From NCBI GenBank assembly GCA_002104945.1, contig MCFH01000112.1, positions 1 to 44,626 of the forward strand: a stretch of 44,626 nucleotides of DNA. The letters run 5' to 3'. Source of the DNA: Piromyces finnis finn. Lineage: Eukaryota > Fungi > Neocallimastigomycota. This document shows, one piece after another, positions 31,566-43,232 of this stretch (within the stretch, counting starts at the first letter, position 1; each line of letters begins with the position of its first letter). The position numbers and the translations under genes are program-made. The notes under the pieces are model-generated. The model was not told where the DNA came from and made no database searches. It was given only the letters and a program-made list of their open reading frames with translations.

Positions 31566-32594
31566 TTAAGCACGATCACCGCCTAACTTATTCTTCTTGA
31601 TGTAATCATCAATTAATTCACGAGTGGAGATACTGTAATCATAATCAGAACCGAAACGAGCGAGGTAGACATACCATTTTGATGGATCCTTATTGTAATT
31701 ACAGCTAATATCACTGAGATGAGTAATAACCTTAGAAGTCTTCATGAAGAAATCACTTGGGTAGGTACTACCAGTGTACTTACTGTAATTATAATTGATA
31801 ATGTCAACACTGTACCAAGTGTCATACCATTTATCATATTTAAATTGAATGTAACTCCAGAAAGTACAAGAACCATCACTGACAGTTAAGAAAGTATTAG
31901 CATCAACACCCATAATTCTAGCTAATTCACGGTAAACCATATGTAAACCTCTGATATTACCAGTACGGTAAATAATGATAGAAGCAAAATTGTTTCCAGC
32001 TGAACCCCAGTTGTATTGATTGAAATTTTCCTTAATTTTCTTAGCAAGTTTGTATAAATCAGTCATTTTCTTGTTTCTAGATTCAGTACCAGCTTCTTCG
32101 TAACCCTTGTAGTTAACTGGTAAACCCCAACTTTTAAGAAGTTTTTCACCTAATCTTTTAGCAAAGGTTGAATAACCTGGACCATTGAATATAACATCCT
32201 TAGTACCAGTGAAAGCATTTGAATTAACAGTAATTTGACCACCAATAACATAAATTTCCTTTAAGTTTTTACAATTGAGGAATGAAGAATCAATTAATTC
32301 AACATCATTTCTACCACTAAAGTCGAAAGTAACCTTTTCAAATTTTTCATTAGCAAAAGCGCCATTCATAATTTCAGTAACATAGTATTTTTCACCTTCA
32401 ACAACAAAGTATGATGGAACAATAATTTCTTTAGCATTCTTGTATTCAGAATCTAAACCGTAAATGGAACATTTTCCAGAAGAAGCACCAGTAATCCAGA
32501 AAATGAATTTACCATTTCTTTGGACCTTAGTTGGAATAGCACTTACTAAACAAAAGTTTAATATGGCTAAAGTGATGATACTTAACAATTTCAT
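31566..32594 (-). CDS. Secreted protein, 342 aa: signal peptide, BspA-like (LRR_5) N-terminal domain, degenerate transglutaminase-like C-terminal domain
   Basis: Intronless ORF with much higher GC than its flanks. Hydrophobic leader MKLLSIITLAILNFCLVSA. EIIVPSYFVVEGEKYYVTEIMNGAF and SFLNCKNLKEI are BspA-type repeats. GNIRGL...ARIMGV...TFW...WYSVD follows the transglutaminase core spacing. Domain calls are by eye. Confidence 0.8.
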   Translation of the reverse strand: MKLLSIITLAILNFCLVSAIPTKVQRNGKFIFWITGASSGKCSIYGLDSEYKNAKEIIVPSYFVVEGEKYYVTEIMNGAFANEKFEKVTFDFSGRNDVELIDSSFLNCKNLKEIYVIGGQITVNSNAFTGTKDVIFNGPGYSTFAKRLGEKLLKSWGLPVNYKGYEEAGTESRNKKMTDLYKLAKKIKENFNQYNWGSAGNNFASIIIYRTGNIRGLHMVYRELARIMGVDANTFLTVSDGSCTFWSYIQFKYDKWYDTWYSVDIINYNYSKYTGSTYPSDFFMKTSKVITHLSDISCNYNKDPSKWYVYLARFGSDYDYSISTRELIDDYIKKNKLGGDRA

Positions 32595-33016
32595 GTTGCT
32601 ATTTTCAAATTAAAATTTTTTTATTTTGTAGTTTTAATTTACAAAAATTTGAAAGATATAGTTTTCTTTTATATTTTTTTTTATTCATTTCTTAAGTTCA
32701 TTATTTTTCTTTTTTAATAATAATTAAGATTTTAATATTAAATAAGATTTGTAACATTCTTTAAAATAATCTAATTTTTAAATTTAAAAAAAAAAAAAAG
32801 GAGTATAATTAATTTTTGAAAAAGAATTTTACACAAAAGATAAATAAAATAAAGATACAAAAAAATAAAGTCTATTAAAGCAGCAAATTATTTTAAAATA
32901 ATAAACGATTTAAAAGCTAAAAGTTCATAATTATTCAATTCATCATTTCTATTAATCAGGCAATAAAAGATGATAAAGAATCAAATAATAAAATTTTTAT
33001 TTTTTAATTACTAAAA
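32461..33016. repeat. Left arm of ~555-bp inverted duplication (upstream region plus 5' CDS)
   Basis: Near-exact reverse complement of 35020-35581. Confidence 0.92.
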
Positions 33017-33507
33017 GAATAAAAAAAATTTTTATTATAAATTTTATTATTATATGAAATTTTAAATATTTTAAATAAATATATGAGACTTTATTAAATA
33101 ATAATTAAATTAAAAATTGACAATTCATTTTAGAATAATATTAAAAAAAAGAAAATTAAAAATTGGGTTAGAATTAAAAATGATTATAATTATTTAACAG
33201 TTTATAATAATAAATGGGTAATAGTAAAAGGCTGAATGAACAAAAGTAACCATAGCAACAATAATGTTAAATAGTAATAATGGTAATAATCATAATGAAA
33301 ATGAATAAGAAATTTTGTATTTCATCTGTTGTTGAAATTTACACCTTTATACTAGAAAAGAAAAGAAATATACACCTAATCTTAAAAAAAAATAGAATCT
33401 AGAATATATAGATAGATATATTTTAATCTTTATAAAAAATATGAATAATCAACAATAAATTTTATTATTATCCTTTTTTATTATATCATTACACTCTACT
33501 AAAGAAA

Positions 33508-33790
<283 letters not shown>

Positions 33791-35019
33791 ATACTCAAAT
33801 TTAATAAACTTTAATAATAATTTATTTTACCTATTATTTAATAAAAACAATTAATTTATTAATGTTACACTATTTATATTCATTAATAAATAAAGTATAT
33901 AACGAAAAAACAGAAATAATTTTCAAATTATTACTAAAATTTAATTATTCTTTTTAGGTTTTTAATTTAAAATATAGTACAAATTAATATTGTTTAATTT
34001 TTAATGCTAACTTTTAAATTATACATAAAAATCATAAAAATCTTTGTGAAACCAAAAAAAAAGTTTTCTTTTTATTTTATTTCACTATAACTATATTTAT
34101 AAGTAATAATAAAATATTATTAGTATATTATAATATCAGTTGAAGTAATAATAAAATACAATACAATATTAATTTTTTACTAATTAGTTATTTTATAAAT
34201 ATTATTTTTGTTTATATATATCCTTATTATTTTATATATATGATATATTTCAATGGTAAACATTTATATTTAATTTTTATTTATAATATCCAATTTTCTA
34301 TTAATTTTTTAATTTAATTTAATTAATTAATATTTATTATTGTTTAATATGTTTTTAATTTATGTTCCAAATGTGAAATTTAATATATATATTAAATTAA
34401 AATAGATGGCAATTGTTATAATATTACAAATATACAAATATCTACCAAATAGAAATAATATATTATAAAATCTGTAACTTTTTTTTATTTTAGAATATTA
34501 TATTTAACCAATAAAATATTTTATTTATATTTATTTAACCAATAAGAATGGATGATACTTTTTTAACAGAATAATAAAAAATTTGAAGTGTAACTTTATC
34601 CGGACCTTTTTCTTTTTTTTTAAAAAAAGAAAATATTATGAAAGGTTTCATAATATGTTTTTAAATAAGATTATTCTTTAAATTTTTTTTTTAAAAAAAA
34701 GCTTTACTATTCGTTAGGTTATAATCAAATATAAATAAAATTTTAGAATATCTTTCAATTCTTTCATTGCAAGAATAGATTATAAATAATTTATAAAATA
34801 ATTATAATTTGTAGTTTTTAAATAGTTAGTATTTTAAAATATTTATTTTTTTTTTTTTAGTAAATTGTAAAAGATATGTAAATTAGTAATAATAACCTGA
34901 AAATAAATATCAAATGTGGAATAATAAAAAAATTATTAAAAAAATTATTTATTCCACATATGGATATATAACGCCACAAAAATTAATTTTAATATTTCAT
35001 TTTGTGGTGTTAATCCAAA

Positions 35020-35581
35020 TTTTAGTAATTAAAAAATAAAAATTTTATTATTTGATTCTTTATCATCTTTTATTGCCTGATTAATAGAAATGATGAATTG
35101 AATAATTATGAACTTTTAGCTTTTAAATCGTTTATTATTTTAAAATAATTTGCTGCTTTAATAGACTTTATTTTTTTGTATCTTTATTTTATTTATCTTT
35201 TGTGTAAAATTCTTTTTCAAAAATTAATTATACTCCTTTTTTTTTTTTTTAAATTTAAAAATTAGATTATTTTAAAGAATGTTACAAATCTTATTTAATA
35301 TTAAAATCTTAATTATTATTAAAAAAGAAAAATAATGAACTTAAGAAATGAATAAAAAAAAATATAAAAGAAAACTATATCTTTCAAATTTTTGTAAATT
35401 AAAACTACAAAATAAAAAAATTTTAATTTGAAAATAGCAACATGAAATTGTTAAGTATCATCACTTTAGCCATATTAAACTTTTGTTTAGTAAGTGCTAG
35501 TGCTATTCCAACTAAGGTCCAAAGAAATGGTAAATTCATTTTCTGGATTACTGGTGCTTCTTCTGGAAAATGTTCCATTTA
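35020..35581. repeat. Right arm of the inverted duplication
   Basis: Reverse complement of 32461-33016. Confidence 0.92.
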
Positions 35582-35629
35582 AAAGTTGGGGTTTACCAGT
35601 TAATTACAAGGATTACAAAGAAGCTAGTA
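35442..35629 (+). pseudogene. Truncated duplicate of the LRR/transglutaminase-like gene
   Basis: ATG 35442 gives 46 aa (6-bp AGTGCT duplication), then TAA at a 326-bp deletion junction with TTA microhomology. The KSWGLPVNYKDYKEAS remnant follows. Confidence 0.9.
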
Positions 35630-35766
35630 TCCCTAAAGTTCCCATTATTGACGGTTTGATTATTGGGAGTTATCCTTTTCTCTAATTGGAGTTTAAATGA
35701 TTAGCACCACTTTTAACTTCCTCTTGATTATTTGATTCTTTATTGTAAACTCCCTTTAAAACGTCC
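35630..35766 (-). mobile_element. Fragment of the gag/pol junction of an A-related Gypsy element
   Basis: The minus strand reads ...GANHLNSN* with TTTAAAC. The -1 frame FKLQLEKRITPNNQT matches A FKLMSGRRNTPINQT. Confidence 0.75.
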
Positions 35767-36229
35767 TAAACATTCATTTTATACAGAAACATAAGAGTTC
35801 TGTATTTTATCTTTAAAATTGTTATTATTATTCTTTTTCCAGGTTTTAAGTTTGACACATTTAGTAATAATTACTCAATTATTTAATTATTAATTTATAT
35901 ATATAATTTTAAAAGAATTTCTAAAGAACACTCTTGGATAAACACTAGAATTAATAATTTGATATATATTATTTTATTTGAGCTTATTTATTTATTTTTA
36001 TTTATTATTTTATTATTTTAATACATTAATACACTGTTTAATTAAGTCATTTTATTATTTAATAAAGAGAATATTATTTATTTAAAAGGTTTATTATTTT
36101 TTATAGAATTAGTATTCATTTATTTTAAAAGGTTATTGTTATTTATTTTTACTAAAAGTCCCTATGGGTTAAGTTGTGTTTATTCAATTGGTTTTTATTA
36201 TATTTTTGTGTGAATAGCGTATGGTATCA
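35767..36229 (-). repeat. Truncated, diverged family A LTR (A5, 5' half)
   Basis: Reverse complement of about the first 500 bp of the A LTR. Confidence 0.8.
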
Positions 36230-36233
36230 AAAA

Positions 36234-36779
36234 TGATATGTAACATTTAATAATACCATAAATTTAATTATTTATTTTATTTCCAGGAATTGAACAAAAG
36301 GGAATTATACAAAATTAATATATTTTAATAAATGAATAAGAAAAAAAGGATCGTTTATATATTTATTTATCTTATAACTAATAATTTTATTTAAATGCGA
36401 TTAATTATTTTGTTTTATTAGTTTTATTGCTTTTAACAAATTATACATAAAGTATTTGAATATAAGAAAAAAAGGAAATAAACATAAAAATCTTATTTAT
36501 AACTTTCTCTTTTATTTTATTAATAAAAATAATTTTAAATACATATATATATTTAATATAACAATATTTAAGTTAAAATAACTATAAAAATTCTCAATAA
36601 TTAATTATATTTTATAAAAGAACGTCTTTCTTTTTAATAAAAGTGAATCTTTGTTACTTTTATATGATATTTTTATGATATTTTATTGGTTATTTAATAA
36701 CTATTCTTTTTCTTAAATAATTGCTAACCCTTAATTTTAACTATATAAATTTAATATTTTTAACTAAATAATTTTGTCA
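36234..36779. repeat. Putative solo LTR, family I (546 bp)
   Basis: TGATAT...TGTCA, wedged between two A LTRs with 4-bp and 3-bp spacers. Single copy; TSD not matched. Confidence 0.5.
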
Positions 36780-36782
36780 TAT

Positions 36783-37910
36783 TGATGCGTTGACCGATAT
36801 ATTTGTGAATAATATAATGTTTTTAATAAATAATAAATTCTATATTATTATGATGAAACAATAAATTTAAAATAAAATAAAATATGTTTTATAATTAAAA
36901 AATAAATCACTCAAAACTCGAAAATAAACTCTTATTATGTTTTAAATTAAATCTATATTATATTTTATAATTTATTTATTATCTATTTATTGTTCTTTTT
37001 ATTCTCTTATTTATTGTCCGCCCTTTATAAAGAAGAATTTTATCTTCCTTTTATACATTTTCATTTATTACATGTATTATTATTTTTAACTATTAAATAT
37101 TATTATTACTATTGTTATTATTTATTAAGATTAAAAGAATAAATTAAAATTATGTCTTAGTATTATAAAACATTATAGAATATTACTTATTTGATTTTCT
37201 TATTACTTCAAAATGTTTAAATTTAGAAAAATTATTATAAATTATCATTGACTATCATTAAATGTATAATACCTTGAATAAAATAATTAAAATTTAAAAT
37301 TAAAATAATATTAAAATAAAATTAAAATAAAATTAAAATAAAAATTTAACAAAATTAAAATATTAAAAGTATCAATTATTATAAACACTCATTTTATACA
37401 GAAACATAAAAGAGTTCTGTATTTTATCTTTGGAATTGTTATTATTGTTCTATTTCCAGGTTTTAAGTTTATCATTTTAGTAATAATTACTCAATTAGTT
37501 ATTTTTTTAATTTATAAGTTTAAGAGAATTTCTAAAGAACACTTGGATAAACACTAGAATTAATAATTTGATGTATATTATTTTATTTTTAGTTTATTTA
37601 TTCATTTTTATTTATTTATTATTATTTTATTATTTTAGTACATTATTGGATTAAGTCGTTTTATTTTATTTAATAATTTATTTTATTTAATAATTTATTT
37701 TATTATTATCACTATTAGGTCGTTTTTACTCAGAATTTATTATATAATAAAGATAATATTATTTATTTAAAGAAAGGGTTATATTTTCATAAAATTATTA
37801 TTCATTCATCTTTAAGGGTTATTATTGTTTATTTTTATTATAAGTTACTATGGGTTAAGTCGTGTTTATTCAGCTAGTTTTTATCATGTTTTTATGTGAG
37901 TAGCGTATCA
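36783..37910 (-). repeat. Solo LTR, family A (A4)
   Basis: Full-length reverse complement, very similar to A1. Confidence 0.92.
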
Positions 37911-37914
37911 ACAA

Positions 37915-38674
37915 TGATGCAATATATTTCAAAAACACCATAAATAAAATATAATTATGAACGTTAGCAATAGGGAATGATATATGAATAATATATTAGT
38001 TAATATTGTATTTATTTCTATTTTATAATAATAAAAATAAATAATAAAAATAATAAATTTTATAATAATATAATTAAATAGATTTTGGTTTAAAGATTCT
38101 TTATTTAATTATTATTATTATTATGATTATAACATTAATAACATTCAATACTAATAGGATCGAAAGTTATTATTGAATAAATATAAATAGTTAAATATAA
38201 TGTGTAAATATAAAAATATGTTGATGAAAGTATTATTAATGATAAAATATAACTTTTCTGAAATAGTAAAAATAAACAATAAATATTCTTTTCTTTTATA
38301 ACTAATATTTAAACTGAAGGAACTATAATAAATACTAAATACGTAATTATTAACCTAAAACTAACTTAAACTAAAACTATTAATATAAAAATAAAATAAA
38401 ATAAAACTAATACTTAAAACTAAAATATCAAATATTATTTATAAATGAAAAGTTCTCTCTCTTGATATCTTCTGCTTTAACACTCTCTTTTATATCTTTT
38501 CCTTTCTTGTGTAACTAATTATTCTAATGTATGTGTAACATTTGCGTCATAATAATTTATACTAATATAGTTTAATTATTATTATCATTAGTAATTGATA
38601 TACAATTTATAAAAGGATTAGATATTATTCATAAAATATTTAAAATATTATATTTTTCTATGCATCTTGTATCA
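37915..38674 (-). repeat. Solo LTR, family E (E3), TSD ACAA
   Basis: Reverse complement of E1/E2. ACAA at 37911-37914 and, after removing H, at 38675-38677 plus 39508. Confidence 0.88.
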
Positions 38675-38677
38675 ACA

Positions 38678-39502
38678 TGTAATAATTATTATTATATATA
38701 TTATATAATAATAATTATTATCTTCAATTTAATAATAATTAGTATTATTAAACTGAGAAGTTAAAATAAAATTTTATACTTATCTTAATAAGAGTTTATT
38801 ATAAGGAAGTATAATAAACAACACAAAACTTTTAATGTTAATTAATTTAAAATATTTTATTAATATTGTTTTAATAAAGGTTATTTATTATAATAGTTCT
38901 TATAATAATAACTCTGGATTTTTAAGTGGTATTCCAGAGTTCTTTTATTTATAATTTTTTAATAATTTAAAGTTTAATAAAAAATTTCTAATCTTAACAA
39001 ATAATCTTTTTAGGAAAAGACTAGAAGAAAAACCTAAAAAGATATTCGATTGATAACTAATATATCAATCATCGTAATATTAAGTAAAACCGAATAAAAT
39101 TCGGAAAAACCTTAATATCCGATTGTCCTAATATTTATTTATATCTTCTAGTTGTTTCTATAAGTTATTTCAAGATACGATACATAAATATAAAATACAA
39201 ACGTAAAATAAAATACATAATGTTTCTTATAAAATGTAATACAAAAATTATTAAATAATAGAATAAATGAATGTTTACTATTATTTTAGATAAATTACTA
39301 AATTAAATAAATAATTAATTAATATAATAATTAAATAAATTTTACATTTAGTAAATGAATAATTAATATTAATATAAATAACTGTTTATAGTAATTTAAA
39401 TGAATGTATGCTAATAATTTAAATAATTAATTAATTTAATAATTAAAAAAATAATTAAATAAGAATTAATAATTATTCAATAAATAATTATTAATTCTTA
39501 CA
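38678..39502. repeat. Solo LTR or small element, family H (825 bp), 5-bp TSD CAACA
   Basis: TGTAA...TTACA; CAACA at 38673-38677 and 39503-39507. Confidence 0.75.
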
Positions 39503-39508
39503 CAACAA

Positions 39509-40022
39509 TGATACGAAGAAAAATATTATCTTAATTCTATAAATGAATATAGAAAGTGATAATATTTGTATCTAAAAAATAATATTTAATAAATAAAATT
39601 TAAAGAAAATAAAAATAAATGATTTTTATACTTGTTCATTTTCAAGTATTAGTTAGTTTTATAAAATATAGTTTATTTAATTATAAATTTTGATATTTAA
39701 TAACTCTAGTATTATTAAATATATATTTTATTATTAATACATCTCGGTATGTATGTGAATATAATTATAAGTATTATTTTAATAAATTTAATATTATTAT
39801 CTAATTTTTCTGGATTATTAGGAACATTTTTAAAAATAAGTAATTCTATCACTATTTATACAAAATTATTATTTTAAGATATAATTATAAACAAATATAA
39901 ACTATTTAATTTAAAAAGAAATAAACAATTAAATAAACAAAAAGTTTACATTTATAATTTTTAATTTAATAATTTTATACATGTTAAATATTTTAAATTT
40001 TTATCTATATTTTAATTATTAT
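39509..40022. repeat. Family D LTR (D2), interrupted by G1
   Basis: Colinear with D1 up to the start of its ATT tract. Confidence 0.85.
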
Positions 40023-41207
40023 TGTAAAAGTTTTACTAAACTTATAATTTAATATTAAAATATCAAATTAAATAAAAGGTTAAAAGATAACTAGGTTAGA
40101 AAAAAAAAATGTTTTATTAAAATAATCTTAATTGATTTATAAATGAATAATTAAATTATATATTATGGTTAAAATAATTTCTTTTATTTTATTTAATGAT
40201 ATATTGCTAAAATATATAATAATAAGATTATTTAGTAGTAATACTCATTAAGTATTAATTATTATTAATAGTTAATAATCTATAGTTAATAATCTTTAGT
40301 TAATAATTTATAGTTAATAATTTTTGGTTAATAATTTATAGTTAATAATTTATAGTTAATAATTTAATAATTTATGGTTAATAATTTTTGGTTAATAATT
40401 TGTAGTTAATAATCTTTACAAAGATTTTAATTTCATAACTATTCTAAACTATTTATACTATTTGTAATTTTACATTTAATACTAAAATAACTTTTTAGTA
40501 CATGATTATATTCATAATATATTTTATAATACTAAGGCTAAACTTAAGACTTACTACTAATTATTAAAAATAACTATTGTTTATATATTTATAATATTAA
40601 TTATTTCTTAATTATAATATAATTCATTGAATATAATATTAATAATTATAATCTTTTAATTCAAAGATTATAAGATATGTTATTGAAATAATTATTATAA
40701 AATAAAGTTAATTAGTTCCGGAAAATAATTTTAATTTAATTAAACAATAATTTTTTATACTTTGAGTGAATGATTTATGTTTGATATATCAGGGGTGATC
40801 ATTCTCTGAATAAACAATTAATCATTGCTAACAAAATATCTTTAAATTGGAATATCTCGTGAACCAGCAGAGATATTGACCTGATTTTAAGATATGTTGT
40901 TTGTCTCGAGCGTGGCTTTCTAACGAACGTAATTATAACCAAAATATTTTTATTCAAAAATCGTCATTCGTTGAGGAGATACGCGTGTTTTTTCTTATTC
41001 CATTTTAACGATAAGGGTTAAAGTTATTTATTATAAAAATTATTAAGGGTTAAGGTCATATTTTAACCTTTTCTAAATTTTTAAATATTTCTTAATAAAA
41101 TTTTATAATTTATTTGAAAATAAAATATTTGTTGATTTTGAATTTTCATAAGTGATTTCACAATTCCAAGTGATCTTGAAATTGTAATTTCACTAGTATT
41201 CGTGACA
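40023..41207 (-). repeat. Solo LTR, family G (G1, 1185 bp), TSD ATTAT
   Basis: ATTAT at 40018-40022 and 41208-41212; expanded ~14-bp GTTAATAATTTATA-type minisatellite. Confidence 0.9.
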
Positions 41208-41212
41208 ATTAT

Positions 41213-42313
41213 TGTAAAAGTTTTACTAAACTTATAATTTAATATTAAAATATCAAATTAAATAAAAGGTTAAGAGATAACTAGGTTAGAAAAAAAATGT
41301 TTTATTAAAATAATCTTAATTGATTTATAAATGAATAATTAAATTATATATTATGGTTAAAATAATTTCTTTTATTTTATTTAATGATATATTGCTAAAA
41401 TATATAATAATAAGATTATTTAGTAGTAATACTCATTAAGTATTAATTATTATTAATAGTTAATAATTTATAGTTAATAATTTAATAATTTATGGTTAAT
41501 AATTTTTGGTTAATAATCTTTACAAAGATTTTAATTTCATAAACTATTCTAAACTATTTATACTATTTGCAATTTTACATTTAATAATAAAATAACTTTT
41601 CAATACATGATTATATTCATAATATATTTTATAATACTTAAACTAAACTTAAGACTTATTCCTAATTATTAAAAAATAACTATTGTTTATAATATTCATA
41701 ATATTAATTATTTCTTAATTATAATATAATTCATTGAATATAATATTAATAATTATAATCCTCTAGTTCAAAGATTATAAATTATGTTATTGAAATAATT
41801 ATTATAAAATAAAGTTAATTAGTTCCGGAAAATAATGTTGATTTAATTAAACAATAATTTTTATACTTTGAGTGAATGATTTATGTTTGATATATCAGGG
41901 GTGATCATTCTCTGAATAAACAATTAATCATTGCTAACAAAATATCTTTAAATTGGAATATCTCGTGAACCAGCAGAGATATTGACCTGATTTTAAGATA
42001 TGTTGTTTGTCTCGAGCGTGGCTTTCTAACGAACGTAATTATAACCAAAATATTTTTATTCAAAAATCGTCATTCGTTGAGGAGATACGCGTGTTTTTTC
42101 TTATTCCATTTTAACGATAAGGGTTAAAGTTATTTATTATAAAAATTATTAAGGGTTAAGGTCATATTTTAACCTTTCCTAAATTTTTAAATATTTCTTA
42201 ATAAAATTTTATAATTTATTTGAAAATAAACTATTTGTTGATTTTGAATTTTCATAAGTGATTTCACAATTCCAAGTGATCTTGAAATTGTAATTTCACT
42301 AGTATTCGTGACA
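41213..42313 (-). repeat. 3' LTR, family G (G2, 1101 bp)
   Basis: Directly follows the PPT on the minus strand; TGTCACG...TTTTACA. Confidence 0.92.
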
Positions 42314-42323
42314 TCGCTCCGCC
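42314..42323 (-). promoter_or_regulatory. Polypurine tract
   Basis: GGCGGAGCGA abutting TGTCACG on the minus strand. Confidence 0.8.
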
Positions 42324-43232
42324 AAAAAAAATCGAATACCAGGCGATTGAAATAATATAAAATAAAATTGTATAATAAAGTATAATTGAAATAAATTGAA
42401 GTAGTATATATTAAATATAAACCAATATATAGTTGTATGTGTAACATGAAATAAAATGGTAACTAAATAAAGAATATATTTAATATAATATGTTGAATAT
42501 ATTGCAATATATGAAATAAAATTAAAAAACATTTTCTTGTGTAACATTCAGTCAAATTCATAAAATTTTTGAAAGAAATGTTGAAATTTAAATTGATCAT
42601 TGAGTGAAAAAATTGAAATTCGTACGAAAAATTAAAATTTGAATAAGAAATATTATTCCTAGGATATTGAAACACTTTTTATTTTTGAAAAATGTTAACA
42701 TTTGCTAAAATAATTGAAATTTCAAAAATTGATCAAATAAACTTTAATTAATATGATTTTGAAAAAAAAATTTTTTGAAATTTTTGAAAAATTTTTAATA
42801 ATAAAAAATTTTTTCATTAAATACAAAAAAATTTTGAACTAAACTTTTTGAAAAAATGTCACTGAAGAATATTGATTTTAATGATCGATCGAGATAGTGA
42901 CAATATTGAAATTGATACTATTGAATAGAGAATAAAATAAGCATTAACAACATATAAATATTTGTAATTGTACTGCTAAAATAAATTGAAAATTATTCTC
43001 TTTAAATATTTAATTTTCATTATAAAAATTTTGTGTTTTAAATTAAATAAATTGATAAAATTGTTGGATCAAAAATTATTGAATTGAAATTTAACATTCA
43101 TAGAAAAAAATTTTTGAAATTTGTGTTGAAATGTATTAGATGAGTAATACAAATTATAATAAAACATAATGTTAGTGAAAGATATTAATAAATTTTTAAA
43201 AAAATAAAATTGTTGAAATGCAATTTAAAGAA

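Noticed and set aside
35494-35685. 63-aa ORF
   Set aside because: A chimeric frame crossing the deletion junction and the retroelement fragment; not a real gene.
42187-42675. Three short minus-strand ORFs in the G 3' UTR and LTR
   Set aside because: Low-complexity AT-rich frames with no env-like or other motifs.
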